DNA of 64,000 nt from a virus. Under the pieces are notes generated by a model. It worked only from the letters and a program-made list of their open reading frames with translations. It searched no databases and had not been told where the DNA came from. The stretch is taken from the IMG/VR virus record IMGVR_UViG_3300033146_001635, positions 1 to 64,000 of that record; one strand, 5' to 3'. Of the stretch, positions 18,009 to 29,198 are shown in pieces. The position numbers were made by a program, and so were the translations under genes. Within the stretch, counting starts at the first letter, position 1. Each line of letters opens with the position of its first letter.

Positions 18009-19703
18009 ATGGCTACTTCAATAGATTTAAAAGCACAAAAAAAACATATATTAGAAGAATATATGAAATGTAAAAATTCATTTCATTATTTTTCTGAAAA
18101 ATATGTTATGTTAGAATTACCGGGTGGTGATGAACCATTTAAAATGTATGATCTACAAAAAACTTTAATAGATATTATTGAAGATAAAAAACATGTTATA
18201 GTTCTAAAATCAAGACAAGTAGGTATATCAACAACAACCCAAGCATATTGTTGTTGGTTGTTAGTTTTTCATAAAAATGTTGTAGTTGGTATTGTTTCAA
18301 AAGACGGTCCAGAAGCAACTACTTTTGCTAGAACTATTTCTGGTATGATAGACAAATTACCTAATTGGATGAAACCAAAAGGTGGTCAAAAAAATCAAAA
18401 AGGTTTTAGTAAACGTTCTGAGCAATCTTTTATTTTAACTAATGGATCAAAATGTTTTGCAGCTACTGTCAATCCAAAAGCACCGGGTAAAACTCTTCGT
18501 GGTAAAGCAATTACTTTTCTTGTTATTGATGAAGCGGCTTTCGTAGATAAAGTTGAAGAAGCATGGACTGCTATGGTTCCAGCTCTTTCGACAAATCAGA
18601 AACATGCAAGAAAAGCTGGTGTACCTTATGGAACTATATTATTGTCAACTCCTAATAAAACAACTGGACAAGGTGCGTTTTATTATAAACAATATACAAA
18701 TGCTATATCTGGAAATAGTTTATTAACACCATTTGTAATTCATTGGAGAGATATAAAAGAATTAGCAGAAGATCCAGAATGGTATAAACAACAATGTATG
18801 TTATTTGATAATGATCCTCGCAAAATTAAACAGGAACTTGAACTTGTATTTTTACCATCAGAAGGATCTTTCTTTGATGAAGATGTATGTCAGAAATTAC
18901 AAGAGCAAACTAGAAATATTAGTATACCAGAGAAAAAATTGTTTAATGGGATGGTATATGAATTTGAAAACTTCAATAATAACAAAACATATTTAATTTC
19001 TGTTGATACTGCATCTGAATACGGTACGGATTTTTCAGCTATAAATGTGTTTGATTATATTACAATGAATCAGGTATGGGAATATAAAGGCAAATTACCT
19101 GTAAAAGATTTTTGTAAGGTTGTTTTATATGCAGCTACTTTATTTAAAAAGGGACCAATTGTTATTGAAAATAATTCCTATGGTACACAAGTAGTTGAAT
19201 TTATGGAAGATACAGAACATTCATTACGATTATATAAAACTAAAGTTGGTGAAAAGAAATATAAAAATGGTTTAAGTACATCTACTAAATCGAGACCATT
19301 AATGATTGATGCATTATATTCATTAATTACAGAAGACCCATCTATAATTAAATCCAATAGACTTGCTTTGGAATTAGTTGGTTTGGTACATAAACCATCT
19401 GGTAAAGTCGAAGCCGATTCTGATTGCAATGATGACTTGGCTATGACTGTTGCATTTGCAGCTTATATAAGAAAATACGATCCACCGTTGATGTTAGAAA
19501 TAGATACAGGTGCAACAGAAGATTTTTCAAATATTATAGGGATGAATGATGATATACGAATGCCAACAGATGTTAATCATCATATATCATCTGAGAAAAA
19601 TTTAAAAGATATTAATAATATGTTTATAAATGCTATTAAAGACAATTTAAATGACGATCAAACACAAGCATATATTAATGTTTTTGATTTTTATAACGGT
19701 TAA
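18009..19703 (+). CDS. terL: Terminase large subunit (T4 gp17-like)
   Basis: Walker A LKSRQVGIST, Walker B LVIDEAAF, LSTPN, nuclease residues ISVDTA..GTDFS, IENN, NDDLAM. Confidence 0.93.
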   Translation: MATSIDLKAQKKHILEEYMKCKNSFHYFSEKYVMLELPGGDEPFKMYDLQKTLIDIIEDKKHVIVLKSRQVGISTTTQAYCCWLLVFHKNVVVGIVSKDGPEATTFARTISGMIDKLPNWMKPKGGQKNQKGFSKRSEQSFILTNGSKCFAATVNPKAPGKTLRGKAITFLVIDEAAFVDKVEEAWTAMVPALSTNQKHARKAGVPYGTILLSTPNKTTGQGAFYYKQYTNAISGNSLLTPFVIHWRDIKELAEDPEWYKQQCMLFDNDPRKIKQELELVFLPSEGSFFDEDVCQKLQEQTRNISIPEKKLFNGMVYEFENFNNNKTYLISVDTASEYGTDFSAINVFDYITMNQVWEYKGKLPVKDFCKVVLYAATLFKKGPIVIENNSYGTQVVEFMEDTEHSLRLYKTKVGEKKYKNGLSTSTKSRPLMIDALYSLITEDPSIIKSNRLALELVGLVHKPSGKVEADSDCNDDLAMTVAFAAYIRKYDPPLMLEIDTGATEDFSNIIGMNDDIRMPTDVNHHISSEKNLKDINNMFINAIKDNLNDDQTQAYINVFDFYNG

Positions 19704-19720
19704 TTTATAGTTTGAGATTG

Positions 19721-19734
19721 AGAACATAATAATG
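19721..19734 (+). promoter_or_regulatory. Late-type promoter AGAACA-TAATAA-TG
   Basis: Recurrent motif upstream of the HEXXH/tape-measure operon. Confidence 0.65.
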
Positions 19735-19735
19735 A

Positions 19736-20689
19736 ATGATTTCTATTTTTTTAAAAGTGAGATATAAAATGGAAAAAAATAACTTAAATGAAATGTTTGC
19801 TGTACCATTTAATTCTAAATTGGTAGCAATATTTGATAATAAAATTAAATTATATACATCACCATTTTTAATTAAGCAATATAAAAAAGCTTTAGCTTCT
19901 ACTAAATACACAGCACCATCGTTTCCTTTATTAAATGATTTGATTGACAAACAAACAGTAATTCCAGTTTATATGTCACAAAATATTTTATCATATTCTT
20001 TTCATAAAATATTTGGTCACAACAATGCATTATCTGGTGCTTTGGCATTTTATGATCCTTCATCAAATAAAATATTTGTTTTAATTGACATGAATACCAC
20101 TCTAGGATTTGTATCAGATAAATGGATTTCTAAATTAACTGTACATGAAATGATGCATATGGCTTGTGCGCATGGAAAAGATAATTTTAAAAAATTATTT
20201 ATAAACGAATATAAAGCTTTTTATAATCATTTTTTTCATTTACTAGCTGAAGAACATATTACAACAAAAACTACAAAAGATATTGCACCTCTTGTAAATC
20301 AATATATTGATACTTTTCACAAAATAGAAGTACATAGTGCTGATTTGAAAGTCGCTATTACAAAAAAAGGTTTTAATATAATTTACAAAGTTTTAAAATA
20401 TTTCAATATTGATGAAAAAATAATTCAAAATGTTCAAGATGGATATAAATATATATTAATCATGTATATACAATATGGGGTAGCTGGTCTTATTAAAGCT
20501 ATGCAATACAAACAATGTAAATATATTTTGCAACAATTGAAACACACATACAAAAGTTTAACTAATATACAACCTGATACATTAGCAATTCAAGAATTAT
20601 TATTTCCATCTGAAATCATAGCTGTTTTATCTGAAACTGGTGTTATCACTAAGAAAACTCCAGCTGCTATTAAAATGATTAAAAAATAG
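19736..20689 (+). CDS. Zincin-like HEXXH metallopeptidase (likely start 19769)
   Basis: AFYDP..KIFV followed by VHEMMH; downstream QE..FPSE. Confidence 0.6.
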   Translation: MISIFLKVRYKMEKNNLNEMFAVPFNSKLVAIFDNKIKLYTSPFLIKQYKKALASTKYTAPSFPLLNDLIDKQTVIPVYMSQNILSYSFHKIFGHNNALSGALAFYDPSSNKIFVLIDMNTTLGFVSDKWISKLTVHEMMHMACAHGKDNFKKLFINEYKAFYNHFFHLLAEEHITTKTTKDIAPLVNQYIDTFHKIEVHSADLKVAITKKGFNIIYKVLKYFNIDEKIIQNVQDGYKYILIMYIQYGVAGLIKAMQYKQCKYILQQLKHTYKSLTNIQPDTLAIQELLFPSEIIAVLSETGVITKKTPAAIKMIKK

Positions 20690-20703
20690 AGAAGGTTTAA
20701 TTC

Positions 20704-23700
20704 ATGGCTGATTATTCAAAATCAATATCATCTATATCATATAATAAAATAGCTGATTCTACAAAAAAATATGCTAAACAAACTAATAACAAGGTAAATG
20801 CGAATGTAGATAGACTTAATAAATCTATTGATAAAATAGATCAACATAGAATTAAAAAAACTGTATCATCTACATTGAATAGCATGGAAAGTGCTTCAAA
20901 AAATTTAGCCAGACAAAGCGCTGTACTTGTTTCAAATACAACAAATTTATTTAAAACATCTGTTGAACAAATTAATAAAGTATCTTTCGGAACATTGAAA
21001 TTAGCTACTGATTCAATGACTGATATTAAAAATAAAATGACCGAAGATATTCATATTAAAAAATCTAATACATTAATGCTTTCAGCAGCTCAAATATCTC
21101 CATTATTAGGATACTTTTTAAAACAAGCTGCTGAAAGTGGTGTATTTGATAGATTTAAAAATTTTGCAAAAGAAAAATTTGATAATATACGTAATTCACG
21201 TAGTAGTGGTGGGGTTGGTGGTTTAGAAGGCCCCGGGGGTGATTTTGATTTTGATGAAGATTTTGATAGTAGCCCCATATCTAAATCTAGATCTAAAGCA
21301 ACTAGAAAGAAAAAGAAAAAAACAATTAAAAAATCACCTGTTAAAAATATTGTTGATAAAGCTAAAAATGTTGCATCTGGTTCAAAATCGACAATTAAAA
21401 GCACAATGGCAAAAGAGGGTGTTAAAAGTATAGAAGCTTTGACCCTTAAATCAATTGATACAAAATTAGGTAAAATTTATAAAGTTTTAAGTGAATCAGG
21501 TATTACTGTTAGTGAATTAAAGAAGCCTAAAAAAATAGAATCACTAACACCTGGTTCTAAAAAGCCGTGGAAAGCGAATTTATGGTCAGCTTTTCTTGCA
21601 TGGCAACGTGAATCAACATTAAGTGATTTGGGTGTTGACCAATCTACATTTTACCAAAGTAGATTTGGTAAAGATGAAAAGAAAAAAGGTATATTCAAAT
21701 CCGCTATTAGAGCATATAAAATTGCAACAGATGAATCAACATTAACTGTTCAGGAAAAAATGCTTAAAGCATTACTTGAAATGAACAAATCTATTTCTAA
21801 ACAAGATGGTGTTTGGAAATTAGTTGCTGATAGATTATTAATTGAACATGCGACATTGCGTACAGCAGTATGGGCATTTAAGAAAGTAAAAGGTGCTGTT
21901 GCTCATTTAATGGGATATAGATTATATAAATGGGCAACTAAATCAAGAGGTGGTTATAATGCTAAATTACCTCGTGGTTTAGGTGCAATGGAACATACTG
22001 CTGCTGTTCTTGATATGTTATATGTTGATGGAATGTGGCGATTAGATAATATTGTTTTTCAATTAAAACAACAATATAATTTATGGGCTTCATATGTAAA
22101 AAGTCAAACTGGTCAACAATTCTCCGAACCACAAGATGTTACTGATAAAACATGGAGATTTTTAACACCGATTACAAAAAAAATTAAACAAAAATATAAA
22201 AGTTGGCGGCAAGCAAATGAAATTCCTGAATATCAAAAATATCAAGTTACAACAAATGATTTATTAGAAAAGCAAATTAATATTGGAAAAACACAAGTTC
22301 GTTTATTAACAATTATTGCTGAATCAATTAGTGCAACATCTGGATATGACAAAAGAAAACAAATAAAAGAAGCATCAAATATAGAAGATACTTATGCAGA
22401 TAAAAGAGTGGCAGAAGATGAATATTGGTTATCCAGTGACGAGAATTTAAAAAAATGGAGAGCTTCGGCATTTTTTAAGAAAAAAATAGAAGCTAAATTT
22501 GGGAAAAAAGATTCAAAAATTAAAAAGTTACGAGATAAAATTTTAGAAAGAGAATCCAGAAGGGGTGGTAAACAACAATGGAAACAATATAAAAAATCTG
22601 GAAAATATTCTGTTGACAAATTTGATCAAAACGATGAATTATTTGAAGCAGGAACTGATTATTATACTCCCACTTTTAAGAAATGGGGAAAAGGTGCTAA
22701 AAGTTTAGGAAAAGGAGCCTGGAAATTTGCTAAAACTGTAGCAAAAGATACTGCTGGTGGTATGGCTGCTTTTGGTGCTGGTGTGGGTGGTGTAAACCCT
22801 GAAACACTTGAAACAATTAAAGAAGTAAAAAAACAAAAAGATAAAGAAAAAGCAGCCATCTCTGACAGACTCACCTTAAAAATGGATGAAAGTGTTAGAA
22901 TAAATAAACAACAACTACGAATAGACACACAACAATTACACCATAGTCGTAAACAACTAACTATATTACAAAAAGTTGGAGGATTTCTTAAAAAAGGATT
23001 AGGTGGTGTTTGGAAAATTGTTAAAAATTTATTCGTATTTGGTTTTGGAATAGTTAAAAATTTATTAGGTGGATTATTAACTAAACTTGGTTTAGGTGGT
23101 TTATTAGGACAAGGTGTTGGGTATGCTGTTGGTAGAGGTGTTAGATGGTTAGGCGCCCAAGCTATAGCAAGTCCTGCTATGGCTGGTGGCGTAATGGCTG
23201 TTGGCAAAGGATTGTATGATGCATATGGAGCTTATAAAAAAAGAAAAGAATGGGGTGTGCATGGTACATCCGCTGCTATAGGTGGATTTTTAGGGGGGTC
23301 TGGAGAAGGTGGTGTAGCAAGTGCATTGAATGGAGCGGCTAAAGGTGCGGGTATTGGTATGATGGCTTTTGGCCCACTAGGGGCTCTTGTTGGAGCTGCT
23401 GTGGGTGGTATTGCTGGTGCTATAGGTGGTGAGAATTTATCAAAAGCAATTGATTTTATATTAGCTCCTTTATATAAAATAAAAGATTTAGCTATTAAAT
23501 ATGTTATCGATCCAGTTTTAGCTGTATTTAAATGGATTGGTTCAACAGTATGGTCGATGGTTAAAGGGTTGTTTCATTTTATTTTACACCCATTAGATAC
23601 AATAAAAAGTATTGGCAAACGAATTAATAATTGGATTGTTGAAAAACATCCATGGGTTGCTAAATTTCTTGGTTTATCACATAAGGATTTAGGTGATAAA

Positions 23701-26700
23701 GATAAAAAATCAACTGCTGAAAAAGCTGTAGAAGCTAAAAAGAAAGTTGAAGAAAAGAAAAAAACAGAAGCAACTGGATGGATGGGTAGTTTATCAAATT
23801 GGTGGCACTCTGATGATATAGAAGAAAAGAAAAAAACAATCAAAGACAAAGCCCAGGCACAATATGCACTAAAAAAAGCAAAGGCAAAAAGTTTAAGTAA
23901 ATCTTATTATAAAACTGGTGGTGCAGATGTTGGTGGTAATAAAAGTTTATTACAACAAGGAAAAGATTGGTGGAATTCTGATGATGTAAAAGCAAAAAGA
24001 AAAGTTGTTAAAGACACTGCTGTGGGCATGTATGCAACAGCTAAGGCTAGTTTCAAAGGAGCTACATCAAATTATAGAAAAGGTGCTGGCGCAGACAGAG
24101 GTTCACAAATTGGTGTATTGGGAAAAATAAAAACAATTGATTCTCATAAATCCAATAATTATAATAAATTACAATATAATGAAACATTTAAACAAATTCA
24201 AGGATTAAATTTATCCGTTCCTCAAATTATATCATATTTAAAAGGCGCAATTAAAACAATTCAACGTGATGGAATATTTATTGATGATTTAAATGCTATT
24301 CATTTTGATAAAGATGATTTACCAAATCTTCAAAAGATATATGATACTTTAACAAAAAAAGATATTAAACATGTTACAACAAGTGGTACATTAATTGCCA
24401 CAGCTGAAACAATTGGTAAAAATATCTCAACTGGTGTCTCTAATTTTGCACAATCAGTAACCAATCCAAATTCAGAATTTTCCAAAGCACACCCAACAAT
24501 GTCAAATATAGCATCAACTGCTGTTAGTACAACAAAATCTATTGGGTCTTCAATTGCGGCTGCTGGTAAAGCTGTTTGGGATTCTGGAAAAAATGTATAT
24601 GAAAATTTCATTAATAATATTCCAACATTGAATTCTGTTTTTGTTGAATTAGGAAAAACAGTTCAGAATTTAATAGGCATGTTATCTGGAAAATTTGATA
24701 AAGCCAAAGGTGCCATAAAAGAAAAATTACAAGAATATGGTATTTTAAAAACACCTAATAAATCCGATATGGGTGACATAGGTGATGATATTGCGGCTCA
24801 TTACAAAGCTCCAAAAACAATGTGGCAACGAATTAAAGGTGGTGTTGGAAAAGGGCTATCTTCTTTATGGAAATCAACTGCATTATATAAAATAAATGAT
24901 TATTTTAATAATTATCATGTCAGACATATGCAAGGCAAATCTGATATGGGCGCAGTTGGTGATGATATTGCCGCTAATTATAAAGGTAAATCAGGTGGTT
25001 TGATGGAGCAAGTATTTGGAACTATAGGAAAAGTTTTTAGTTCTGGAAGTACATCTGATTTAAGCTGGGATAATATTAAAGAAGCGGGTAGTAAGAAATT
25101 TGGTGGGGCTGTAAACTCCTTAAAGAAATTTCTTGGAATTAATGAAAATACTGATTTAAGTTTTGATGAATTTAAAAGGCAAATTGCAAAAGTTTCACCT
25201 GAAGATATTGAAAAATTAAAAAAACGATTTAAAGACCATCCTTTAATTCAAAAAGTATTATCAACTGTATTACCACATACATATAAATCTGATATGGGTG
25301 GTGTGGGAGATGATATCGCAGCTCATTATAAAGCTCCAAAAACTAGAGGTGAAAAAATATTATCATTTTTAGTAAAAATGGCATCTGCACCTCATAGAAT
25401 AAATAAATATTTTAATACTTATCATGAAAAACATATGCCTGGTTATTCGGATATGGGCAAGGTTGGTAATGATATAGCTGGTAAATCTAAAGAAATATCA
25501 ATTCCAGGTTCAGTTGGTAAATTAGAAACAACTAAAGGTAAACAAAATATATTTAATGAACTTGGAATTAAACGAATAAAGGGATTGGTATACACAGATA
25601 AAATTTTAGAAAATTTAGAAGATTTTGATGATTTAGTATCTGATAATCAAAATGGTATTAATTCATTAAGTCCTTTTGAAAAATCATTATATTTATATTT
25701 AAATGCTGAGCATTATATGAAACTTGTTAAGCCCAACGAGTTTCACAAATTAATGTCTGATAAAAAAACAGCAAGACGAATTATAAAATCAGCATTGTAC
25801 CATTATCCAGATCCTATATATTATAGTAAAGAAGCTTTAAGCAATATGCCATCATCTGCCGAAATGAAATTAAAAAGATCTGCTAGATTTTGGAGAAAAA
25901 GATATGAATATACGGGTTCTAATTTCAATATAACTATTAAAAATGGAAAAGCAGATCACAAAAAAGATAAAAAAATTGATGAAATTGCATCACAAAACAC
26001 ACAAGTTAATAGTGAAAATGTTAATAATGTTAAACTAAAAATTGAATCAAAAAAACCAAAAGAAATATCTATACCAAATTCAGTTGGAAAATTTGAATTA
26101 ATTAAAGGAAAACAAAATGTTTTTAATGAATTAGGTATTAGTAAAATAAAAGGTTTTGTATATACAAATGAAATTTTAGAAAATTTAGAAGATTTTGATG
26201 ATTTGGTAGCTGATAATAAAGATGGTATTAATTCATTAAGTCCTTTTGAAAAATCATTATATATGTACTTAAATGCATCTCATTATATGAAGCTTGTTAA
26301 ACCTAATGAATTTCATAAATTAATGTCTGATAAAAGTACAGCTAGGCGAATAGTTAAATCAGCATTACATCATTATCCAGATCCAATTTATTTCAGCCAA
26401 GAAGCATTAAATAGTATGTCATCTACAGCTGAAATGAAATTAAAAAGATCATCAAAATTATGGCGACAACGATATAATGTTGGTGCAACAAATGCTGATA
26501 TAACTCTTAAAAATGGTAAAGTTTCTTCTATATCAGAACAAAAACAACAACCTGTAATGACGAAAGATGATATAGCTAAAAATCATGCTTCCCAAAAAAC
26601 ACAAGAAATAAATAAATTAGGCAATCATTTATCAGAAAGTATTGAGCATCAAACCAAGAATTTAGAAAAAACAACCCAAGGATTATCTGCTGTTGTAGCT

Positions 26701-26841
26701 AATACATCAAATCAAATGTCAAAAATGATAACAACTAATAATACAACAACACAAGTAACAAATAATAATCAACAACCATCATCTTCAAAAAATGAATATG
26801 ACCAAAATATAGAAAATATTTTAGCATGTAATTTAGTTTAA
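20704..26841 (+). CDS. Tape-measure-like / large ejected virion protein
   Basis: 2045 aa, helical Lys/Ala-rich, Gly-rich hydrophobic segments (GPLGALVGAAVGGIAG), C-terminal Asn/Thr-rich tail, internal repeats. Confidence 0.7.
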   Translation: MADYSKSISSISYNKIADSTKKYAKQTNNKVNANVDRLNKSIDKIDQHRIKKTVSSTLNSMESASKNLARQSAVLVSNTTNLFKTSVEQINKVSFGTLKLATDSMTDIKNKMTEDIHIKKSNTLMLSAAQISPLLGYFLKQAAESGVFDRFKNFAKEKFDNIRNSRSSGGVGGLEGPGGDFDFDEDFDSSPISKSRSKATRKKKKKTIKKSPVKNIVDKAKNVASGSKSTIKSTMAKEGVKSIEALTLKSIDTKLGKIYKVLSESGITVSELKKPKKIESLTPGSKKPWKANLWSAFLAWQRESTLSDLGVDQSTFYQSRFGKDEKKKGIFKSAIRAYKIATDESTLTVQEKMLKALLEMNKSISKQDGVWKLVADRLLIEHATLRTAVWAFKKVKGAVAHLMGYRLYKWATKSRGGYNAKLPRGLGAMEHTAAVLDMLYVDGMWRLDNIVFQLKQQYNLWASYVKSQTGQQFSEPQDVTDKTWRFLTPITKKIKQKYKSWRQANEIPEYQKYQVTTNDLLEKQINIGKTQVRLLTIIAESISATSGYDKRKQIKEASNIEDTYADKRVAEDEYWLSSDENLKKWRASAFFKKKIEAKFGKKDSKIKKLRDKILERESRRGGKQQWKQYKKSGKYSVDKFDQNDELFEAGTDYYTPTFKKWGKGAKSLGKGAWKFAKTVAKDTAGGMAAFGAGVGGVNPETLETIKEVKKQKDKEKAAISDRLTLKMDESVRINKQQLRIDTQQLHHSRKQLTILQKVGGFLKKGLGGVWKIVKNLFVFGFGIVKNLLGGLLTKLGLGGLLGQGVGYAVGRGVRWLGAQAIASPAMAGGVMAVGKGLYDAYGAYKKRKEWGVHGTSAAIGGFLGGSGEGGVASALNGAAKGAGIGMMAFGPLGALVGAAVGGIAGAIGGENLSKAIDFILAPLYKIKDLAIKYVIDPVLAVFKWIGSTVWSMVKGLFHFILHPLDTIKSIGKRINNWIVEKHPWVAKFLGLSHKDLGDKDKKSTAEKAVEAKKKVEEKKKTEATGWMGSLSNWWHSDDIEEKKKTIKDKAQAQYALKKAKAKSLSKSYYKTGGADVGGNKSLLQQGKDWWNSDDVKAKRKVVKDTAVGMYATAKASFKGATSNYRKGAGADRGSQIGVLGKIKTIDSHKSNNYNKLQYNETFKQIQGLNLSVPQIISYLKGAIKTIQRDGIFIDDLNAIHFDKDDLPNLQKIYDTLTKKDIKHVTTSGTLIATAETIGKNISTGVSNFAQSVTNPNSEFSKAHPTMSNIASTAVSTTKSIGSSIAAAGKAVWDSGKNVYENFINNIPTLNSVFVELGKTVQNLIGMLSGKFDKAKGAIKEKLQEYGILKTPNKSDMGDIGDDIAAHYKAPKTMWQRIKGGVGKGLSSLWKSTALYKINDYFNNYHVRHMQGKSDMGAVGDDIAANYKGKSGGLMEQVFGTIGKVFSSGSTSDLSWDNIKEAGSKKFGGAVNSLKKFLGINENTDLSFDEFKRQIAKVSPEDIEKLKKRFKDHPLIQKVLSTVLPHTYKSDMGGVGDDIAAHYKAPKTRGEKILSFLVKMASAPHRINKYFNTYHEKHMPGYSDMGKVGNDIAGKSKEISIPGSVGKLETTKGKQNIFNELGIKRIKGLVYTDKILENLEDFDDLVSDNQNGINSLSPFEKSLYLYLNAEHYMKLVKPNEFHKLMSDKKTARRIIKSALYHYPDPIYYSKEALSNMPSSAEMKLKRSARFWRKRYEYTGSNFNITIKNGKADHKKDKKIDEIASQNTQVNSENVNNVKLKIESKKPKEISIPNSVGKFELIKGKQNVFNELGISKIKGFVYTNEILENLEDFDDLVADNKDGINSLSPFEKSLYMYLNASHYMKLVKPNEFHKLMSDKSTARRIVKSALHHYPDPIYFSQEALNSMSSTAEMKLKRSSKLWRQRYNVGATNADITLKNGKVSSISEQKQQPVMTKDDIAKNHASQKTQEINKLGNHLSESIEHQTKNLEKTTQGLSAVVANTSNQMSKMITTNNTTTQVTNNNQQPSSSKNEYDQNIENILACNLV
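24757..25479 (+). repeat. Four SDMGxxG(D/N)DIA peptide repeats arranged as two paired units
   Basis: At about 24760, 24937, 25285 and 25447. Confidence 0.85.
25489..26520 (+). repeat. ~154-aa domain duplicated at a 570-nt spacing
   Basis: KEISIP.SVGK...ILENLEDFDDLV...LSPFEKSLY...HYPDPIY...IT.KNGK at 25489-25950 and 26059-26520. Confidence 0.9.
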
Positions 26842-26861
26842 AATACATAGAGGTTTTTATA

Positions 26862-29198
26862 ATGGCTATGCAAATTGAAGGAATAATTGGGTTGCCCCCA
26901 TATGATAAAGCTAATGAGGCAGAATATGCAAAAATAAAAGATTCCATGCCTGTTGCTAAAATATATCCATGTAAACAACATTTTATAACAGGTTCATCTA
27001 CTTTTAGATTAAAAACTGCTGAACGTTATTTTAGTTTATTAGAATCACATGGATATTCATTAGACACACCATATGTACCTTTAGCTTTTTTAGCTGATAG
27101 TTTCCCAACTGATAATTTTCAAAACAATTATTCTGAAAGTTTTTTACAAAATATTACATCAGGTGTATCGCAGGGAATGTCATCTTTAATGCAAACATTA
27201 GGTGCTAGAACAGGTACAGAAGCCGCACAAAAAGCGTTAGCTGCTGGTGGAGCAATGGCAAAAACATTGGGTTGGAAAGGTGTTGGTTCATTGTTGGATA
27301 AAAGTGCTGGTTGGGCAGGTGAAACTGGAAAAAAAATACATGCTGTGGCTAAAGAATATGGTGGCACATCAATAGGAATGGTGGCAAAAGCTGTAGATAG
27401 TATTGCCGCAGGTGCTAGATTTGATTTTCCTATGATATGGACTGATTCGTCATATCAACCATCTTATACTATGACTGTTCGATTATATAATCCAAATCCC
27501 GGTGATGCTAAAGCAACAGAAAAATATATTGTTGCTCCTCTCGCTGCTATTTTATTATTGGGTGTTCCGTTATCTGATGATGATTCTGGTTCAACATATA
27601 ATTATCCATTTTTACATAAAATAAAATGTGATGGTATTTATTTTTTGAATCCATGTTTTATAAGCAATATAAGCGTCATTAAGGGTGGAGACCAACAACA
27701 GATAGCATATAACCAACGTCTTGGTATTGTTGATGTACGTATTGATTTTGGTAGTTTATATTCATCGTTGTTAGCTACTGAGAAACCAAATAATGATAGA
27801 CCTACCTTAAAAAAATATTTAGAAGTAATGAAATATGATAAACTATTAGATGAAGAATTATCTGATAAACATTTTATTCAAGAAACAGATGCTAATATAT
27901 GGTCAGACCCATTTAATCCGATAACAACAAAAACAATAGCTGATTTACCTAAAAGAATATCCGAAAATATTAATAAAACAGAATATAATATTTTAGATAG
28001 TATGATAGGAGATCTTGGTAGTTTAAAAAGAGTAGCTGATACTGGTTATCAAATTCCTGATAAATTTATAACTGAATTATATAAAAATGGCGTAATTTCA
28101 GCTGATGATATTTTTTCAGTCAAACCTGATTTTAAATTACCTGATTTAAAAATGCCAGTTCCTAAATATATTCAAAATATATCAAAATCCTCAATGTCGC
28201 TTTTATCAGGAGTTGGCACATCTGCATCCGCATTGGCAGGGAATTTAAGTGATTTAAATTCTTTTGAAAATCAGTTACAAGAAATGATTACAACAACGGT
28301 AGGTGATATTTTACCACCAATTTATTTTAATGGTGAAAAAATAACTGATGCACTTACAAAAAGTCAAGCTATGCAATTAATAAAAAGTGTTCAGAATAAA
28401 AAGAATAGTATTATTGATACTATTGGAAGCGCATTAAATAGAATGGATTCAGAAGTATCATATTTGAATGATTTAAGTTCTAATTTTAATAATATATCTG
28501 GATTAACAAATTATCTATCAACGGTTGTTGATTTTGATTCATATGATGATTTAATGGACAAATTAAAACCTGGTAACATACTTAATGGAGCAGAAAATAT
28601 TATCAAAGATATGGTATCATCTGGATTAAAATTCAATGATAGTAACATGTTTAAAGGTATTGTTTCTACATTAACAGATCCTGGTGAACAAATGGACTTA
28701 TTAAAATCTATTATTGCTAAAGGAGTTGATTTTGTAGGTAAAATAGATATTATAGATATGATAAAAAATGGAGTTCATTTTGATGTTAAAAATGTCTTAT
28801 TAGATATGGCAGCACAAGAAATAAATTTTCAAGCTACTGGTGTTTTAAATATGATTCTTGGAAAAAATTATAAATTTGACGCAACAAATGTTATAAGAGC
28901 TGTCATGGAACCTGGAAAAAGTTTTAAAGATACATTAAATTTATCAGGTAATTTGAAAAATTTATTAGATGATTTGAAAGATTCAGCTGCTGACACGGGT
29001 GTTGGAATTGCGAAAGATTTAAGTAAAGATTTGATGCGATATGTTAAATCTGCTTTGTCTAAGTCACAAAATACAATGAAAATAAATCCACAAAAATATA
29101 TTGACAATTCAACAAAAGCTGCTACAAATGAATTAAATAAAGGACAGATAATGATAAGAGATTATTTAAAACGGCAAGTTCATATCATTGAAGTTTAA
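26862..29198 (+). CDS. Putative tail-tube initiator/baseplate protein with long C-terminal extension
   Basis: FPMIWTDSSYQPSYTMTVRLYNP, YNYPF, CFISNISVIKG..VDVRIDF tube-fold-like pattern; follows the tape measure gene. Confidence 0.5.
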   Translation: MAMQIEGIIGLPPYDKANEAEYAKIKDSMPVAKIYPCKQHFITGSSTFRLKTAERYFSLLESHGYSLDTPYVPLAFLADSFPTDNFQNNYSESFLQNITSGVSQGMSSLMQTLGARTGTEAAQKALAAGGAMAKTLGWKGVGSLLDKSAGWAGETGKKIHAVAKEYGGTSIGMVAKAVDSIAAGARFDFPMIWTDSSYQPSYTMTVRLYNPNPGDAKATEKYIVAPLAAILLLGVPLSDDDSGSTYNYPFLHKIKCDGIYFLNPCFISNISVIKGGDQQQIAYNQRLGIVDVRIDFGSLYSSLLATEKPNNDRPTLKKYLEVMKYDKLLDEELSDKHFIQETDANIWSDPFNPITTKTIADLPKRISENINKTEYNILDSMIGDLGSLKRVADTGYQIPDKFITELYKNGVISADDIFSVKPDFKLPDLKMPVPKYIQNISKSSMSLLSGVGTSASALAGNLSDLNSFENQLQEMITTTVGDILPPIYFNGEKITDALTKSQAMQLIKSVQNKKNSIIDTIGSALNRMDSEVSYLNDLSSNFNNISGLTNYLSTVVDFDSYDDLMDKLKPGNILNGAENIIKDMVSSGLKFNDSNMFKGIVSTLTDPGEQMDLLKSIIAKGVDFVGKIDIIDMIKNGVHFDVKNVLLDMAAQEINFQATGVLNMILGKNYKFDATNVIRAVMEPGKSFKDTLNLSGNLKNLLDDLKDSAADTGVGIAKDLSKDLMRYVKSALSKSQNTMKINPQKYIDNSTKAATNELNKGQIMIRDYLKRQVHIIEV

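Noticed and set aside
21090-24611. Antisense ORFs within the tape-measure gene (e.g. 22662-23207)
   Set aside because: Shadows of Gly/Ala/Lys-biased codons with no RBS or motifs; the same applies to the other short nested ORFs in the track.
25489-26520. Diversity-generating retroelement template/variable repeat pair
   Set aside because: Differences are not adenine-specific, both copies are in frame within one gene, and no reverse transcriptase is in the window.
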